Positions 28,357-37,907 of a stretch of 57,307 bases of DNA are shown one piece after another (positions within the stretch are counted from its first letter, which is position 1; every line of letters starts with the position of its first letter). Source of the stretch: an uncultured Atopobiaceae bacterium (GTDB lineage Bacteria; Actinomycetota; Coriobacteriia; Coriobacteriales; Atopobiaceae). The stretch is taken from NCBI GenBank assembly GCA_944321385.1, contig CALULC010000001.1, positions 1 through 57,307 on the forward strand, given 5' to 3'. The position numbers were made by a program, and so were the translations under genes. The notes under the pieces were generated by a model that saw nothing but the letters and a program-made list of their open reading frames with translations, was not told the origin of the DNA and searched no databases.

Positions 28357-29264
28357 TGGAACGCCCCCACTTCCTCTGCTGTTGGTATGGACGGTTGGGC
28401 GCCCAGACGGCTTACGGCAAGCGCCGCGGCTTGGGCTCCCCAGTGCATGGATTCGGCAAGCGAGAGGCCTCGAACGCGTCCGGCTGCAAGCGCCCCGATG
28501 AAGGTGTCTCCCGCGCCCGTGGTGTCAACGACGGTTGTGGGCGTCGCGGGGACGCGCAGGGGAGTGCCGTTCGCGCCAAGGCCAAATGCGCCCGCCGCAC
28601 CCAGTGTGATGACGACGGCACCGGCACCCAGCTCGCGGAGGCGGCGCGCTGCCGCGTGACACGTGGCGTCGTCCTTTGGCAGCACGCCGCACATGATTTG
28701 GCACTCGGTTTCGTTGAGGCAGACAAGGTCGATGCAGGGCCAGAGGTCGTCCGGCACGGGACGCGCGGGTGCCGGGTTGAAGATCGTGTAGAGCCCCAGC
28801 TCGTGCGCGACGCGCAAGGCGGACTCGGTGGCGGTGGGGTCGCACTCGCCCGGGGTGACGAGAACATCGTGTTTCTCGCCAATGCGGCGCAGGTCGGAGG
28901 CCACGTCTTCTGTCGTGAGCGCATGGTTGGCACCCACGTGCAGCACGATGCGGTTCTCACCCGCCGTGCGGAGAATGACGGCGACGCCCGTGGTCACAGC
29001 GCTCAGGCGTCGAACGCCGACCGTGTCCACACCCGCCTCAGCGAGCCCGCCCGTCAGCTCGTCTCCAAAGGCGTCCGCGCCCACGGCGGCCAGCATGCGC
29101 ACGTCTGCCCCGAGCCGCGCCGCGGCAACGGCTTGGTTGGCGCCCTTTCCGCCGGCAGCCGTGATGAAGCCGGAGCCGGTCAGCGTCTCACCGGCGGCAG
29201 GCACGCGCGGGGCGTCGATGGACAGGTCCATGTTCATGCTTCCGAAGACGATGACCTTTGGCAT
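28353..29264 (-). CDS. rbsK: Ribokinase
   Basis: GSMNMDL, GGKGANQAVAAARLG, NPAP, NETE and DTTGAGDTFIG; ATG at 29264 with RBS ggagg. Confidence 0.9.
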   Translation of the reverse strand: MPKVIVFGSMNMDLSIDAPRVPAAGETLTGSGFITAAGGKGANQAVAAARLGADVRMLAAVGADAFGDELTGGLAEAGVDTVGVRRLSAVTTGVAVILRTAGENRIVLHVGANHALTTEDVASDLRRIGEKHDVLVTPGECDPTATESALRVAHELGLYTIFNPAPARPVPDDLWPCIDLVCLNETECQIMCGVLPKDDATCHAAARRLRELGAGAVVITLGAAGAFGLGANGTPLRVPATPTTVVDTTGAGDTFIGALAAGRVRGLSLAESMHWGAQAAALAVSRLGAQPSIPTAEEVGAFQ

Positions 29265-29317
29265 GGGTCCTCCCGCGTTGGGGTCATATACCGTTTTACA
29301 CCATTTGGAGGTCGAGG

Positions 29318-29439
29318 TCCGACTTTTGCACGAGCGGACGGGAGCAGAGGTTGATTTCATCTCTTGTGTGTGCAGGTAAACAGGTCGCGGCGTTCTTCCC
29401 GAGGATCGAGAAGAACGCCGCGCTCGTGCAAAAGTCGGA
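29318..29439. repeat. 122-bp MITE-like element with a perfect 19-bp terminal inverted repeat
   Basis: tccgacttttgcacgagcg/cgctcgtgcaaaagtcgga, central gcaggtaaa, internal hairpin cgcggcgttctt...aagaacgccgcg. Confidence 0.75.
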
Positions 29440-29513
29440 GTTTGGTGGGCGGCCCGCTGCTGGCGGACGGCCCGCTACTGGCGGGTGACCCGCCGCTACT
29501 GGAGGCCGGCCCG

Positions 29514-30698
29514 CTACTTGACCTCGATGAGCTCGTAGTGGCTCGTGCCCAGCCCGATCTTCTCGCCGTGCTCGATCATGGAGCGCCAGTTGGTGTCCGG
29601 GTGCGTGAGGTTGAAGTGGTCGTGCTGGCAGCGCTCGGGGATGCCGCCCTCGGCCTCCAGCTTGGCCCTCATGTCCGTGAGCTCGGAGTTGGGCAGCGCG
29701 GGCGCGGCCAGCGCCATGTCGATGCAGGCCTGGTCGATGGCCACGGGGTCAAAGCTCGCGAACATGCCGAGGTCCGGCACGATGGGCGTGTCGTTCTCCG
29801 CGTGGCAGTCGCAGTTGGGGCTGATGTCCATGGCGATGGAGATGTGGAAGCTCGGGCGGTCCTGCACCACGGCCTGCGTGTACTCGGCGATCTTGCAGTT
29901 GAGCACGTCGACGGCGGCGTCAAAGCCCGGCGCGATGGCGTCCTGGTTGCACGCGCCAATGCAGCGGCCGCAACCGACGCAGACGTCGTGGTTGATGTGG
30001 GCCACGGGCACGGTGACGGTCTTGCCGCTCTTGAGCTCGCGCTCGCGCGTCTCGTCAAAGCTGATGGCGCCGTGCGCGCAGATGCGCTCGCACGCATGGC
30101 AGCCGATGCACTTCTCGGTCTTGACGTTGGGCTTGCCGGCCGCGTGCTGCTCCATCTTGCCCGCGCGGCTGCCGCCGCCCATGCCCAGGTTCTTCATGCA
30201 GCCGCCAAAGCCGGCCTGCTCATGGCCCTTGAAGTGCGTGAGGCTGATCACGATGTCCGCGTCCATGAGGGCGTGGCCGATCTTGGCCTCCTTGACGTAC
30301 TCGCCGTTCTTCACGGGGACGAGGGTCTCGTCGGTGCCCTTGAGGCCGTCGGCGATGATCACCTGGCAGCCGGTGGCGTACGGGGTGAAGCCGTTCTGGT
30401 ACGCGCAGTCGATGTGCTCGAGGGCGTTTTTGCGGCTGCCCACATAGAGCGTGTTGCAGTCCGTGAGGAAGGGCTTGCCGCCCAGCTCCTTGACCACGTC
30501 GGCCACGGCGCGCGCGTAGTTGGGGCGCAGGAAGCTGAGGTTGCCCAGCTCGCCAAAGTGGATCTTGATGGCCACGAACTTGTTCTCAAAGTCGATCTGC
30601 TCGATGCCGGCGCGGCGGATGAGGCGCTTGAGCTTGTCGAGCTGGCTCTCGCGCGCGTAGGTGCGCAGGTTGGTGTAGTAGACCTTTGCGGTTTCCAT
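29514..30698 (-). CDS. DUF362 domain protein with two 4Fe-4S ferredoxin motifs
   Basis: VAIKIHFGELGN, TDCNTLYVGSR, HFKGHEQAGFGGCMKNLGMG, CIGCHACERIC, CVGCGRCIGAC, SPNCDCH and DPVAIDQAC. Confidence 0.9.
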   Translation of the reverse strand: METAKVYYTNLRTYARESQLDKLKRLIRRAGIEQIDFENKFVAIKIHFGELGNLSFLRPNYARAVADVVKELGGKPFLTDCNTLYVGSRKNALEHIDCAYQNGFTPYATGCQVIIADGLKGTDETLVPVKNGEYVKEAKIGHALMDADIVISLTHFKGHEQAGFGGCMKNLGMGGGSRAGKMEQHAAGKPNVKTEKCIGCHACERICAHGAISFDETRERELKSGKTVTVPVAHINHDVCVGCGRCIGACNQDAIAPGFDAAVDVLNCKIAEYTQAVVQDRPSFHISIAMDISPNCDCHAENDTPIVPDLGMFASFDPVAIDQACIDMALAAPALPNSELTDMRAKLEAEGGIPERCQHDHFNLTHPDTNWRSMIEHGEKIGLGTSHYELIEVK

Positions 30699-30812
30699 GA
30701 GGCCCCTCTCGTTGAATTCCCTCGCAGAAATTGTACGTCAGCGCGGGCGCAAGAGACGCTGCGTCGCCAAGGTTTCGCGCCCCGGGTGCGACGACGGCGA
30801 GATTGCCCTTCT

Positions 30813-31128
30813 CGCTTAACAGTTTGCGGCCTTGGAGGGTATGCGGTGGCGAGAGCTTAGCGATTCTCGCCCTTGGAGGGCGCACGGAAATTGGCGCTTT
30901 GAAAATGCCGGCAATGGAGGGTACGCATGGAGAGCCGCTTAACAATTTGCGGCCTTGGAGGGTGCGCGGGAAATGTTGCTTTGAAATTGGCGGGCTTGGA
31001 GGGTCGCCCTCCCGATTGCCCCTCCAACGGCGAGAATCGCTAAGCGAATCAAGGCTAGGGGCCTCCAATGGCGACAAGGACTAAGCGGGTCGGAGCGCGG
31101 GGCCTCCAACGGTGAGAAATGCTAAGCG
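30813..31128. repeat. 41-bp-period convergent array 2 (5 forward + 3 reverse units)
   Basis: CTT(A/T)-N14-TGGAG-N18 x5, 20-bp centre, CTCCA-N14-TAAG-N18 x3. Confidence 0.92.
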
Positions 31129-31188
31129 CGCCGTTTCCCGGTCCTGCACCAGTGCGGCCCGAACGCCGGCCGAACTCCGCCGGTGCGG

Positions 31189-31266
31189 ATTAACACGCAC
31201 GGATTGTTTTGAAATCACATATCCGCAGGTAAAAATAACACGCATTGCAAACTGTGCGTGTTATTT
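31189..31266. repeat. 73-bp inverted-repeat element, copy D
   Basis: taacacgcacgg...tatccgcaggtaaaaataacacgcattgcaaactgtgcgtgtta. Confidence 0.85.
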
Positions 31267-31303
31267 TGCCAAACGCCGCCGTCGCAGCACCCGCCGCCGC
31301 GTC

Positions 31304-32170
31304 CTAGCCCTGCTTCTCCGGCGGGCGCAGCTCGGTCAGCGCCGAGTAGTCCACGTCAACCGAGCTGGGCTGCATCGGACCGGGCGCGTACCAGTCCAGC
31401 GCGCAGTCAATCCAGGCGTTCCAGAACGGCCACTCGTGGGCGCCGATGTCCGGCTCCCAGTACGTGACGTCAAAGTCGGCGTCGCGCAGCAGCTTGACCA
31501 GGTCGCGGTTGTTCTGGCAGAGGTTGTCGTGCAAGCCGCACGCGGAGTAGAAGCGCGGCTTGGGCAGCTCGGGGTCCTGCTTGAACTTGTCGATCAGCGC
31601 CACGTAGTCCTTGTCGGAGCCAATGACCGTGTCGATGTCGCCAAAGAAGCGCTCGTAGTACTTGCGCTTGCGCGGTGAGCGGCTCTCAACTGCCTCGAGC
31701 ACGCGGTCGCGCATGAACGCGCCCGAGAGGATGATGATCGACCCAAAGCGGTCCGGCCGCAGCAGGCCGTTGATCAGCGCCGTGTACGCGCCGATGGAGA
31801 TGCCCGCCAGCGCCGTGTCCTCGCGCTTGGTGGACAGCGGGAAGAGGCGGCGCGTGAAGTCCACCAGCTCCTCGCTGATGAACTTGCCGTGCCACTCGTT
31901 AATCTCGGGCTTGTTGAGGTAGAGCCCGTCCTCGCCGGAGGGAATGACGAGCGCGATGTCTCGTGCCTCGGCCGTCTCCACCACGTGCGTGCGGTCGATC
32001 CAGTCAACGTCCTGCCCAAAGAGGCCGTGCAGCAGGTAGACCGTGCGATACGGGCCGCGACGCTTCTTGGCCAGCTTGTTGCCGTCCATCTTGTCCGCGG
32101 GAATGACAACCGTGAGCACCACGTTGCGCTCAAGGTAGTGGGAGTAGAAGTCGACTCTGAGCAGTGCCAT
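31304..32170 (-). CDS. Putative esterase (alpha/beta hydrolase, tributyrin/acetyl-esterase-like)
   Basis: YLLHGL, nucleophile elbow GISIG, CGLHD and GAHEWPFW. Confidence 0.85.
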   Translation of the reverse strand: MALLRVDFYSHYLERNVVLTVVIPADKMDGNKLAKKRRGPYRTVYLLHGLFGQDVDWIDRTHVVETAEARDIALVIPSGEDGLYLNKPEINEWHGKFISEELVDFTRRLFPLSTKREDTALAGISIGAYTALINGLLRPDRFGSIIILSGAFMRDRVLEAVESRSPRKRKYYERFFGDIDTVIGSDKDYVALIDKFKQDPELPKPRFYSACGLHDNLCQNNRDLVKLLRDADFDVTYWEPDIGAHEWPFWNAWIDCALDWYAPGPMQPSSVDVDYSALTELRPPEKQG

Positions 32171-32248
32171 GTTCTCGTCCCTCCCCATGGGTCGCGACAA
32201 ATTATGGGCGCGAGCAGGGACTCGTTTGCCCGCCCGCGCCCTGTGGCG

Positions 32249-33106
32249 CTAGAGGAGCCAGTTGAGCGCCTCGGGCAGGGCGGTGTTCCAGAAGTCCCAG
32301 TCGTGTCCGCCGTGCATCTCATGATAGGTGACATCGAGGCCCGTGTCGCGCATGCGGCCCGCAAGCATCCGGTTAGCCTCGGCGAGCGGGTCCTGGTTGC
32401 CGCAGGTCATGAAAATCCGAGGTCGCGGACGGTCGCAGTAGACAAGATCGGCAGCCAGGCGCGCCGGGTCCTTGTCGGAGTCACGCACGTGCGAGAGGTC
32501 GCCAAAGGTGTGCTCGAGGAAGTCACGCGAGAGGAAGAACAGCCCGTCGGACGAGATGATCTGGTCAAAGTTGTTGATGATCATCGCCGAGGAGAGCGAC
32601 ACGATGGACCCAAACGTCTCGCAGTACTTGAGGCCGTTGCGCAGCGCGCCGTACGCGCCCATGGAGATGCCGCCGATGAACGTGTCCTCGCGGCGGCAGG
32701 AGAGTGGGAACATCCGGCGCGCCACCTCCACGAGCTCCTGGCCAACAAAGCGGCCGTAATAGTTGTGGACCTCGGGCTGGTCCAGGTAGAACGCGTTGTA
32801 GCCGGACGGCATGACCACGGCGATCCCGTGGTTCTCCGCCCAGTTGCGAATGCGCGTCTCGCTGATCCAGTCCGCGTGGTTGCCCGAGATGCCGTGCAGC
32901 AGGAACAGCGTCTTGAACGGCGCCTTCTTGGGCGGGTAGGGGTGCTGCTCCCAGGTGCGCATCTCCGCCTCGAGCGTGCCGCCGGCGTGGCGCATCGTGG
33001 AGTCCGTGGCGTAGGCCGCGCCCTGGTCGTCAATGGGCAGGATGACCTCGAGCGTGGTGGTGCGCATGAGGGAGGAGGAGAAGTAGTCAACGCTGATGAG
33101 AGCCAT
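32249..33106 (-). CDS. Putative esterase, paralog of the adjacent gene
   Basis: FLLHGI, GISMGAYGA, CGNQD and GGHDWDFW. Confidence 0.87.
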   Translation of the reverse strand: MALISVDYFSSSLMRTTTLEVILPIDDQGAAYATDSTMRHAGGTLEAEMRTWEQHPYPPKKAPFKTLFLLHGISGNHADWISETRIRNWAENHGIAVVMPSGYNAFYLDQPEVHNYYGRFVGQELVEVARRMFPLSCRREDTFIGGISMGAYGALRNGLKYCETFGSIVSLSSAMIINNFDQIISSDGLFFLSRDFLEHTFGDLSHVRDSDKDPARLAADLVYCDRPRPRIFMTCGNQDPLAEANRMLAGRMRDTGLDVTYHEMHGGHDWDFWNTALPEALNWLL

Positions 33107-33229
33107 GAGAGAACTCCTTGTGGTCTGGCGAGAAGAACGCGGACCAGTATAGCGGTTATGGAGACTCTGTGGTGAAGAGGCGCCCGCCCATGGCTGAGAC
33201 GAGGTGCAAATCGCGAAGGCCCGCCTCCG

Positions 33230-33952
33230 TCACACGCGATGTCGGACGGCGGTGTCGCGGAAGCAGAAATGGTCGGGGCGGTGCCGCGACTGCGTGCACT
33301 CGATGAGGATGCCCTGCGCGTCAAAGGTCTGGCTCGTTATGACGGCCAGATAGTCGATGTCGCCGAGGTCAAGCAGCTCGCGGTCGCGGGCCGTCGCACG
33401 CTCCACGGTAATCGCGCGCTTGCTCATGGCGATGCTCACGCCAAGGTCCTTCTCGGCGTATTCGTAGACGGAGCCCCGCGCGACCTCCTCGGTTATGCCC
33501 GGGATGGACGCCGCCCGGAACAGGTTCACGTCCAGAATCAGCGCCTCGCCGCCAATGCGCCTCACGCGCACGATCGAGGTGAGCTCCGTTCCCTCCTCGA
33601 AGCCGGTCCTAAAGGAGATCTCCGGCGTGGCCGTGACCTGCTCGAGGGCAACGACCTCGGTCTGGGCGTCCAGGCGGATGCGCTCCTCCGCCTCGTGGAA
33701 CGACTCGATGCCCCCCACGGTGAACGTGGTTCGCTCCGGCTCCTGGTAGATCACGCGCACGCCCTTGCCGTGCACCGGCTGAACGTAGCCCTGGTCCCGC
33801 AGCAGGCCCAGCGCGCGCCGCAGCGTGTTGTGAGAGCAGTCGTACGTGGCGGTCAGCTCCGCCTCGGACGGAAGAAAGCCCTGATAGGGATACGTCCCGT
33901 TCTCGATGCTCTCTCGGATGTCTCGGTATATGGCGTCGTAGCGCGCTTTCAT
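33230..33952 (-). CDS. treR: Trehalose operon repressor (GntR/UTRA)
   Basis: LPSEAEL...SHNTLRRAL...HGKGVRV, UTRA domain, TQSRHRPDHF; divergent from the tre PTS gene. Confidence 0.9.
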   Translation of the reverse strand: MKARYDAIYRDIRESIENGTYPYQGFLPSEAELTATYDCSHNTLRRALGLLRDQGYVQPVHGKGVRVIYQEPERTTFTVGGIESFHEAEERIRLDAQTEVVALEQVTATPEISFRTGFEEGTELTSIVRVRRIGGEALILDVNLFRAASIPGITEEVARGSVYEYAEKDLGVSIAMSKRAITVERATARDRELLDLGDIDYLAVITSQTFDAQGILIECTQSRHRPDHFCFRDTAVRHRV

Positions 33953-33981
33953 GGTGCCTCCTTCGGGCAGACATTGTACTG

Positions 33982-34154
33982 CTTATTCAAATAACCCGTA
34001 CCTCCAGCGCGCCGCCACAGCGCGGAGCCACGTCGCGCCGCCGCGCGGGCCGAGAAGAACCTGCCGCTGGCGCCTCAAAATCAACCGTTCACGGATTCTC
34101 GCAACTTATTCAAATAAGTAGTGCCAAACTGAGCGTGAACTTATTCAAATAAGT
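33982..34154. promoter_or_regulatory. Three putative TreR operators, (A)CTTATT-CA-AATAA(GT)
   Basis: Palindromic copies at 33982-33994, 34104-34119 and 34139-34154 in the treR/treP divergent region. Confidence 0.8.
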
Positions 34155-34204
34155 TGCTACCCTACCATCAGGGCAGCGAGAAGGGACAAGGAGGAAGCGG
34201 GATC

Positions 34205-36169
34205 ATGGGAAAGTACACGGAGGACGCGGGCAGGCTCCTCGACCTCGTGGGCGGCAAGGAGAATATCTCAGCGGTCACCCACTGCATGACGCGCATGCGC
34301 TTTGTGCTGGTTGATCCGGAGAAGGCAGACGTTGCCGCCATCGAGGAGCTGCCGAGCGCCAAGGGCACGTTCACGCAGGCGGGCCAGTTCCAGGTGATCA
34401 TCGGCAACGACGTGGCAGACTTCTACCAGGAGTTCACGGCGGTCAGCGGCATCGAGGGCGTCTCCAAGGAGGCCGCCAAGGCCGCGGCGGGCGCAAACCA
34501 GAATCCGCTGCAGCGCGCGATGGGCGTGCTCGGAGAGATCTTTGCGCCGCTCATCCCGGCTCTCATCTGCGGCGGTCTCATCCTGGGCTTCCGTAACATC
34601 ATCGGCGAGGTCAACTTCTTCACCGATGCCGGCGTCTTCGACCTCCAGCACGGCACCAAGTCCATCGCGGACATGTGGACGTTCTGGAGCGGCATGTACA
34701 GCTTCCTGTGGGTGATCGGCGAGGCCGTCTTCCACATGCTCCCCGTTGGCATCTGTTGGTCCGTCACGCGCAAGATGGGAACCACGCCCATACTGGGCAT
34801 CGTCTTGGGTCTCACGCTCGTCTCGCCGCAGCTCCTCAATGGCTTCTCCGTTGCAACCGCCACCGCGGAGGACGTTGCCGCCCACACCTACGACTTTGGC
34901 TTCTACTCGTTCCTCGGCACCGGCTACCAGGGGCAGGTCATCGCCGCCCTCATGGCCGCCTTCGTGCTCGTTGGCCTTGAGAGGCTCTTCACCAAGATCA
35001 CGCCCGAGGTCGTGCGCATGATCGTCGTGCCCTTCATGTCTCTCGTCCCGGCTGTCTTCATCGCGCATCTTGTTGTCGGCCCCATCGGCTGGGCCATCGG
35101 CGATGCCATCGCCGGCGCCGTCAGCTGGGGCCTCAGCTCCAACGTGCGCGTGCTCTTTGCCGCCGTCTTTGGTGCCCTGTACGCGCCCCTCGTCATGACC
35201 GGCCTGCATCACATGACCAACGCCATCGACTCCCAGCTCGTGAACCAGCTCGGCTACACCACGCTCTGGCCCATGATCGCACTCTCCAACATCGCACAGG
35301 GTTCCGCGGTGGTTGCCATGTCCGTGCTCCAGCGCCGTAACGAGCGCGCCCAGCAGGTCAACATCCCCGCGTTCATCTCGTGCTACCTGGGCGTCACCGA
35401 GCCCGCCCTCTTTGGCGTGAACCTCAAGTACAAGTTCCCGCTGGTCTGCGGCATGATCGGCTCCGCGTGTGCCGCCATGGTCTGCACGGGCTTTGGCGTC
35501 CAGGCGCTCTCCATCGGCGTGGGCGGCCTCCCCGGCATCCTCTCGATCGTCTTTGGCTTCTGGGGCGTCTTTGCCGCGTGCATGCTGATCGCCATCGTGG
35601 TGCCGTTTGCCCTGACGTACTTTGTGGGCGTCCGCAAGCTCAGCGAGAAGGACCGTGGCCTTGTGGCCTCCGGGGCAACGATCGCCGCCAAGGCCGAGCC
35701 GCGCGACCGCGTTCTTCTCGCCCCGCTCTCCGGCGCGGTGCATCCCATCACCGACATGCCGGACCAGGTCTTTGCCAGCAAGGCCATGGGCGACGGCCTT
35801 GCCATCGAGCCCGCCCCCGGTGCCAACACCATCGTTGCCCCCGCGGGCGGCGTGGTTGCCGCCACGATGCCCGGCTCCTTCCACGCCATAGGCCTTGCGC
35901 TCGACGACGGCCTGGAGGTGCTCATCCACGTTGGCATAGACACGGTTGAGATGGGCGGCGACGGCTTTGCGTGCCTCGTCGAGCAGGGCCAGCGCGTTAC
36001 GGCCGGCCAGCCCCTCATGACCTTCTCCTCCGAGAAAATCCGCGCGGCGGGACACCCCAAGATCACGGCCTTCGTCGTCACCGACGAGGGACCCGCGGCT
36101 GACCTTGCGCTCATTGACGGCGTGGACGCAACGGCCGGTGCCACGACCGTGGCGACCTACCGCTCCTAG
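34205..36169 (+). CDS. treP: PTS trehalose-specific EIIBCA
   Basis: HCMTRMRF (EIIB), TGLHH and GVTEPALFG (EIIC), DQVFASKAMGDG and LIHVGIDTV (EIIA). Confidence 0.92.
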   Translation: MGKYTEDAGRLLDLVGGKENISAVTHCMTRMRFVLVDPEKADVAAIEELPSAKGTFTQAGQFQVIIGNDVADFYQEFTAVSGIEGVSKEAAKAAAGANQNPLQRAMGVLGEIFAPLIPALICGGLILGFRNIIGEVNFFTDAGVFDLQHGTKSIADMWTFWSGMYSFLWVIGEAVFHMLPVGICWSVTRKMGTTPILGIVLGLTLVSPQLLNGFSVATATAEDVAAHTYDFGFYSFLGTGYQGQVIAALMAAFVLVGLERLFTKITPEVVRMIVVPFMSLVPAVFIAHLVVGPIGWAIGDAIAGAVSWGLSSNVRVLFAAVFGALYAPLVMTGLHHMTNAIDSQLVNQLGYTTLWPMIALSNIAQGSAVVAMSVLQRRNERAQQVNIPAFISCYLGVTEPALFGVNLKYKFPLVCGMIGSACAAMVCTGFGVQALSIGVGGLPGILSIVFGFWGVFAACMLIAIVVPFALTYFVGVRKLSEKDRGLVASGATIAAKAEPRDRVLLAPLSGAVHPITDMPDQVFASKAMGDGLAIEPAPGANTIVAPAGGVVAATMPGSFHAIGLALDDGLEVLIHVGIDTVEMGGDGFACLVEQGQRVTAGQPLMTFSSEKIRAAGHPKITAFVVTDEGPAADLALIDGVDATAGATTVATYRS

Positions 36170-36187
36170 CACGCGAGGGGAGAAGCT

Positions 36188-37879
36188 ATGCCGACTATCG
36201 AGAAGGACTTCCGCAGGAGCGTTGTCTACCAGATCTACGTCAAGAGCTTCTGCGACAGCAACGGCGATGGCCTGGGCGACCTGCCCGGCATCACGAGCAA
36301 GCTGGACTACCTGGCGCATCTGGGGGTTGACTACCTCTGGCTCACCCCGTTCTACCCCTCGCCGCAGAAAGACAACGGCTACGACGTGTCGGACTACTGC
36401 GCCGTGGACCCGCGCTACGGCACGATGGACGACTTTGACGAGCTGGTTGCCGCGGCCCGGGAGCGCGGCATCGGCATCATGCTGGACATGGTGCTGTGCC
36501 ACACCTCCACGGAGCACGAGTGGTTTCGTCGGGCGTGCTCGGGCGAGAAGCGCTATCAGGCGTACTACATCCTGCGCGACGGTCGCGGGTCCGCCGGTCC
36601 CGGGGATCCCGGCGAGCCGCCCACCAACTGGGAGTGCGCCTTCGGCGGAAGCGCCTGGGAGTGGGAGCCTCGCCTGGGCAAGTGGTATCTGCACATGCAC
36701 GACGCGAGCCAGCCGGACCTTGACTGGACCAATCCCGAGGTCCGCGAGGCGTGCGCGGACGTGGTCCGCTTCTGGCGCGAGCGCGGCGTCACGGGCTTCC
36801 GCTTTGACGTGATCAACCTCATTTCCAAGCCGGAGGTCATCGAGGACGTGCCCGGGCCCGGCGCCGCGTGCCGCTCCCTGGTGGCGGACGGCCCCCACGT
36901 GCACGAATACCTGCGAGAGCTTGTGGAGCGCTCTGGGATCGATGGCATGATCACGGTGGGCGAGATGGCCTCGACAGACCTTGCCAACTGCATCCGCTAC
37001 ACGCGCCCCGATGACCACGAGCTCTCGATGAGCTTCAGCTTTCACCACCTCAAGGTGGACTACGCCGGCGGGGACAAGTGGGCGCTTGCCGAGCCGGACA
37101 TTCCGGCACTGCGCGAGGTCCTGCGGGAGTGGCAGGAGGGCATGCAGGCCGGCGGGGGCTGGAACGCGCTGTTCTGGGACAACCACGATCAGCCGCGCGC
37201 GGTCACGCGATTTGGCGGCCGCGAGGGCGTGGGGGAGCGCGGGGGAAGCTGGGATCTGGTGGGCAAGATGCTCTCCACGATGAGCTTTCTCATGAAAGGC
37301 ACGCCCTACGTCTTTGAGGGCGACGAGCTGGGCATGACCAACGCCGGATACGACTCCATCGAGAAGTACGACGACGTGGAGAGCAAGAACGCCTATAGCA
37401 TGCTGCTTGGCCGCGGCGCCACGCAGGACGAGGCGCTGCGCGTGGTGGGCGAGCGCTCGCGCGACAACGGGCGCACGCCGATGCAGTGGACGGCGGGCCC
37501 CGGGGCCGGCTTCACGACGGGCAAGCCGTGGCTGGGCGTGCCGGCAAACCACGAGCAGGTAAACGCCGAGGCGGAGGTGGGCGTTGAGGGCTCGATGTTC
37601 GAGTGGTATCGGAGCCTCATTGCGCTGCGGCACACGAGTGACGTGGTTGCCCTCGGCGACGTGCGCTTCCTAGATGCCGGTCCCGCGGCGCCCAGGGTAA
37701 TCGCCTTCGAGCGCACACTGGGCGAGAAGCGCCTCGTGGTTGCGTGCTCGTTTGACGACGAGCCGTGCGAGCTTGCCGACCTGGGGGCCGACGGCATGAC
37801 GGTGCTTCTCAGCAACTATGACGACGACCCTATTGCGGGGGTGCTGCGCCCGTACGAGGCCGTGGCTTGGTCACGATAG
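36188..37879 (+). CDS. treC: Trehalose-6-phosphate hydrolase (GH13)
   Basis: YQIYVKSFCDSNGDGLGD, DNGYDVSDY, GFRFDVINLISK, NHDQPR and SRDNGRTPMQW; operon context. Confidence 0.92.
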   Translation: MPTIEKDFRRSVVYQIYVKSFCDSNGDGLGDLPGITSKLDYLAHLGVDYLWLTPFYPSPQKDNGYDVSDYCAVDPRYGTMDDFDELVAAARERGIGIMLDMVLCHTSTEHEWFRRACSGEKRYQAYYILRDGRGSAGPGDPGEPPTNWECAFGGSAWEWEPRLGKWYLHMHDASQPDLDWTNPEVREACADVVRFWRERGVTGFRFDVINLISKPEVIEDVPGPGAACRSLVADGPHVHEYLRELVERSGIDGMITVGEMASTDLANCIRYTRPDDHELSMSFSFHHLKVDYAGGDKWALAEPDIPALREVLREWQEGMQAGGGWNALFWDNHDQPRAVTRFGGREGVGERGGSWDLVGKMLSTMSFLMKGTPYVFEGDELGMTNAGYDSIEKYDDVESKNAYSMLLGRGATQDEALRVVGERSRDNGRTPMQWTAGPGAGFTTGKPWLGVPANHEQVNAEAEVGVEGSMFEWYRSLIALRHTSDVVALGDVRFLDAGPAAPRVIAFERTLGEKRLVVACSFDDEPCELADLGADGMTVLLSNYDDDPIAGVLRPYEAVAWSR

Positions 37880-37907
37880 CGGCGCCGCCACGGCCGCGCA
37901 ACAGCTC

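Noticed and set aside
31304-33106. Tandem esterase paralogs as a novel system
   Set aside because: A common duplication of a widespread alpha/beta-hydrolase family, with intact catalytic motifs and no unusual context.
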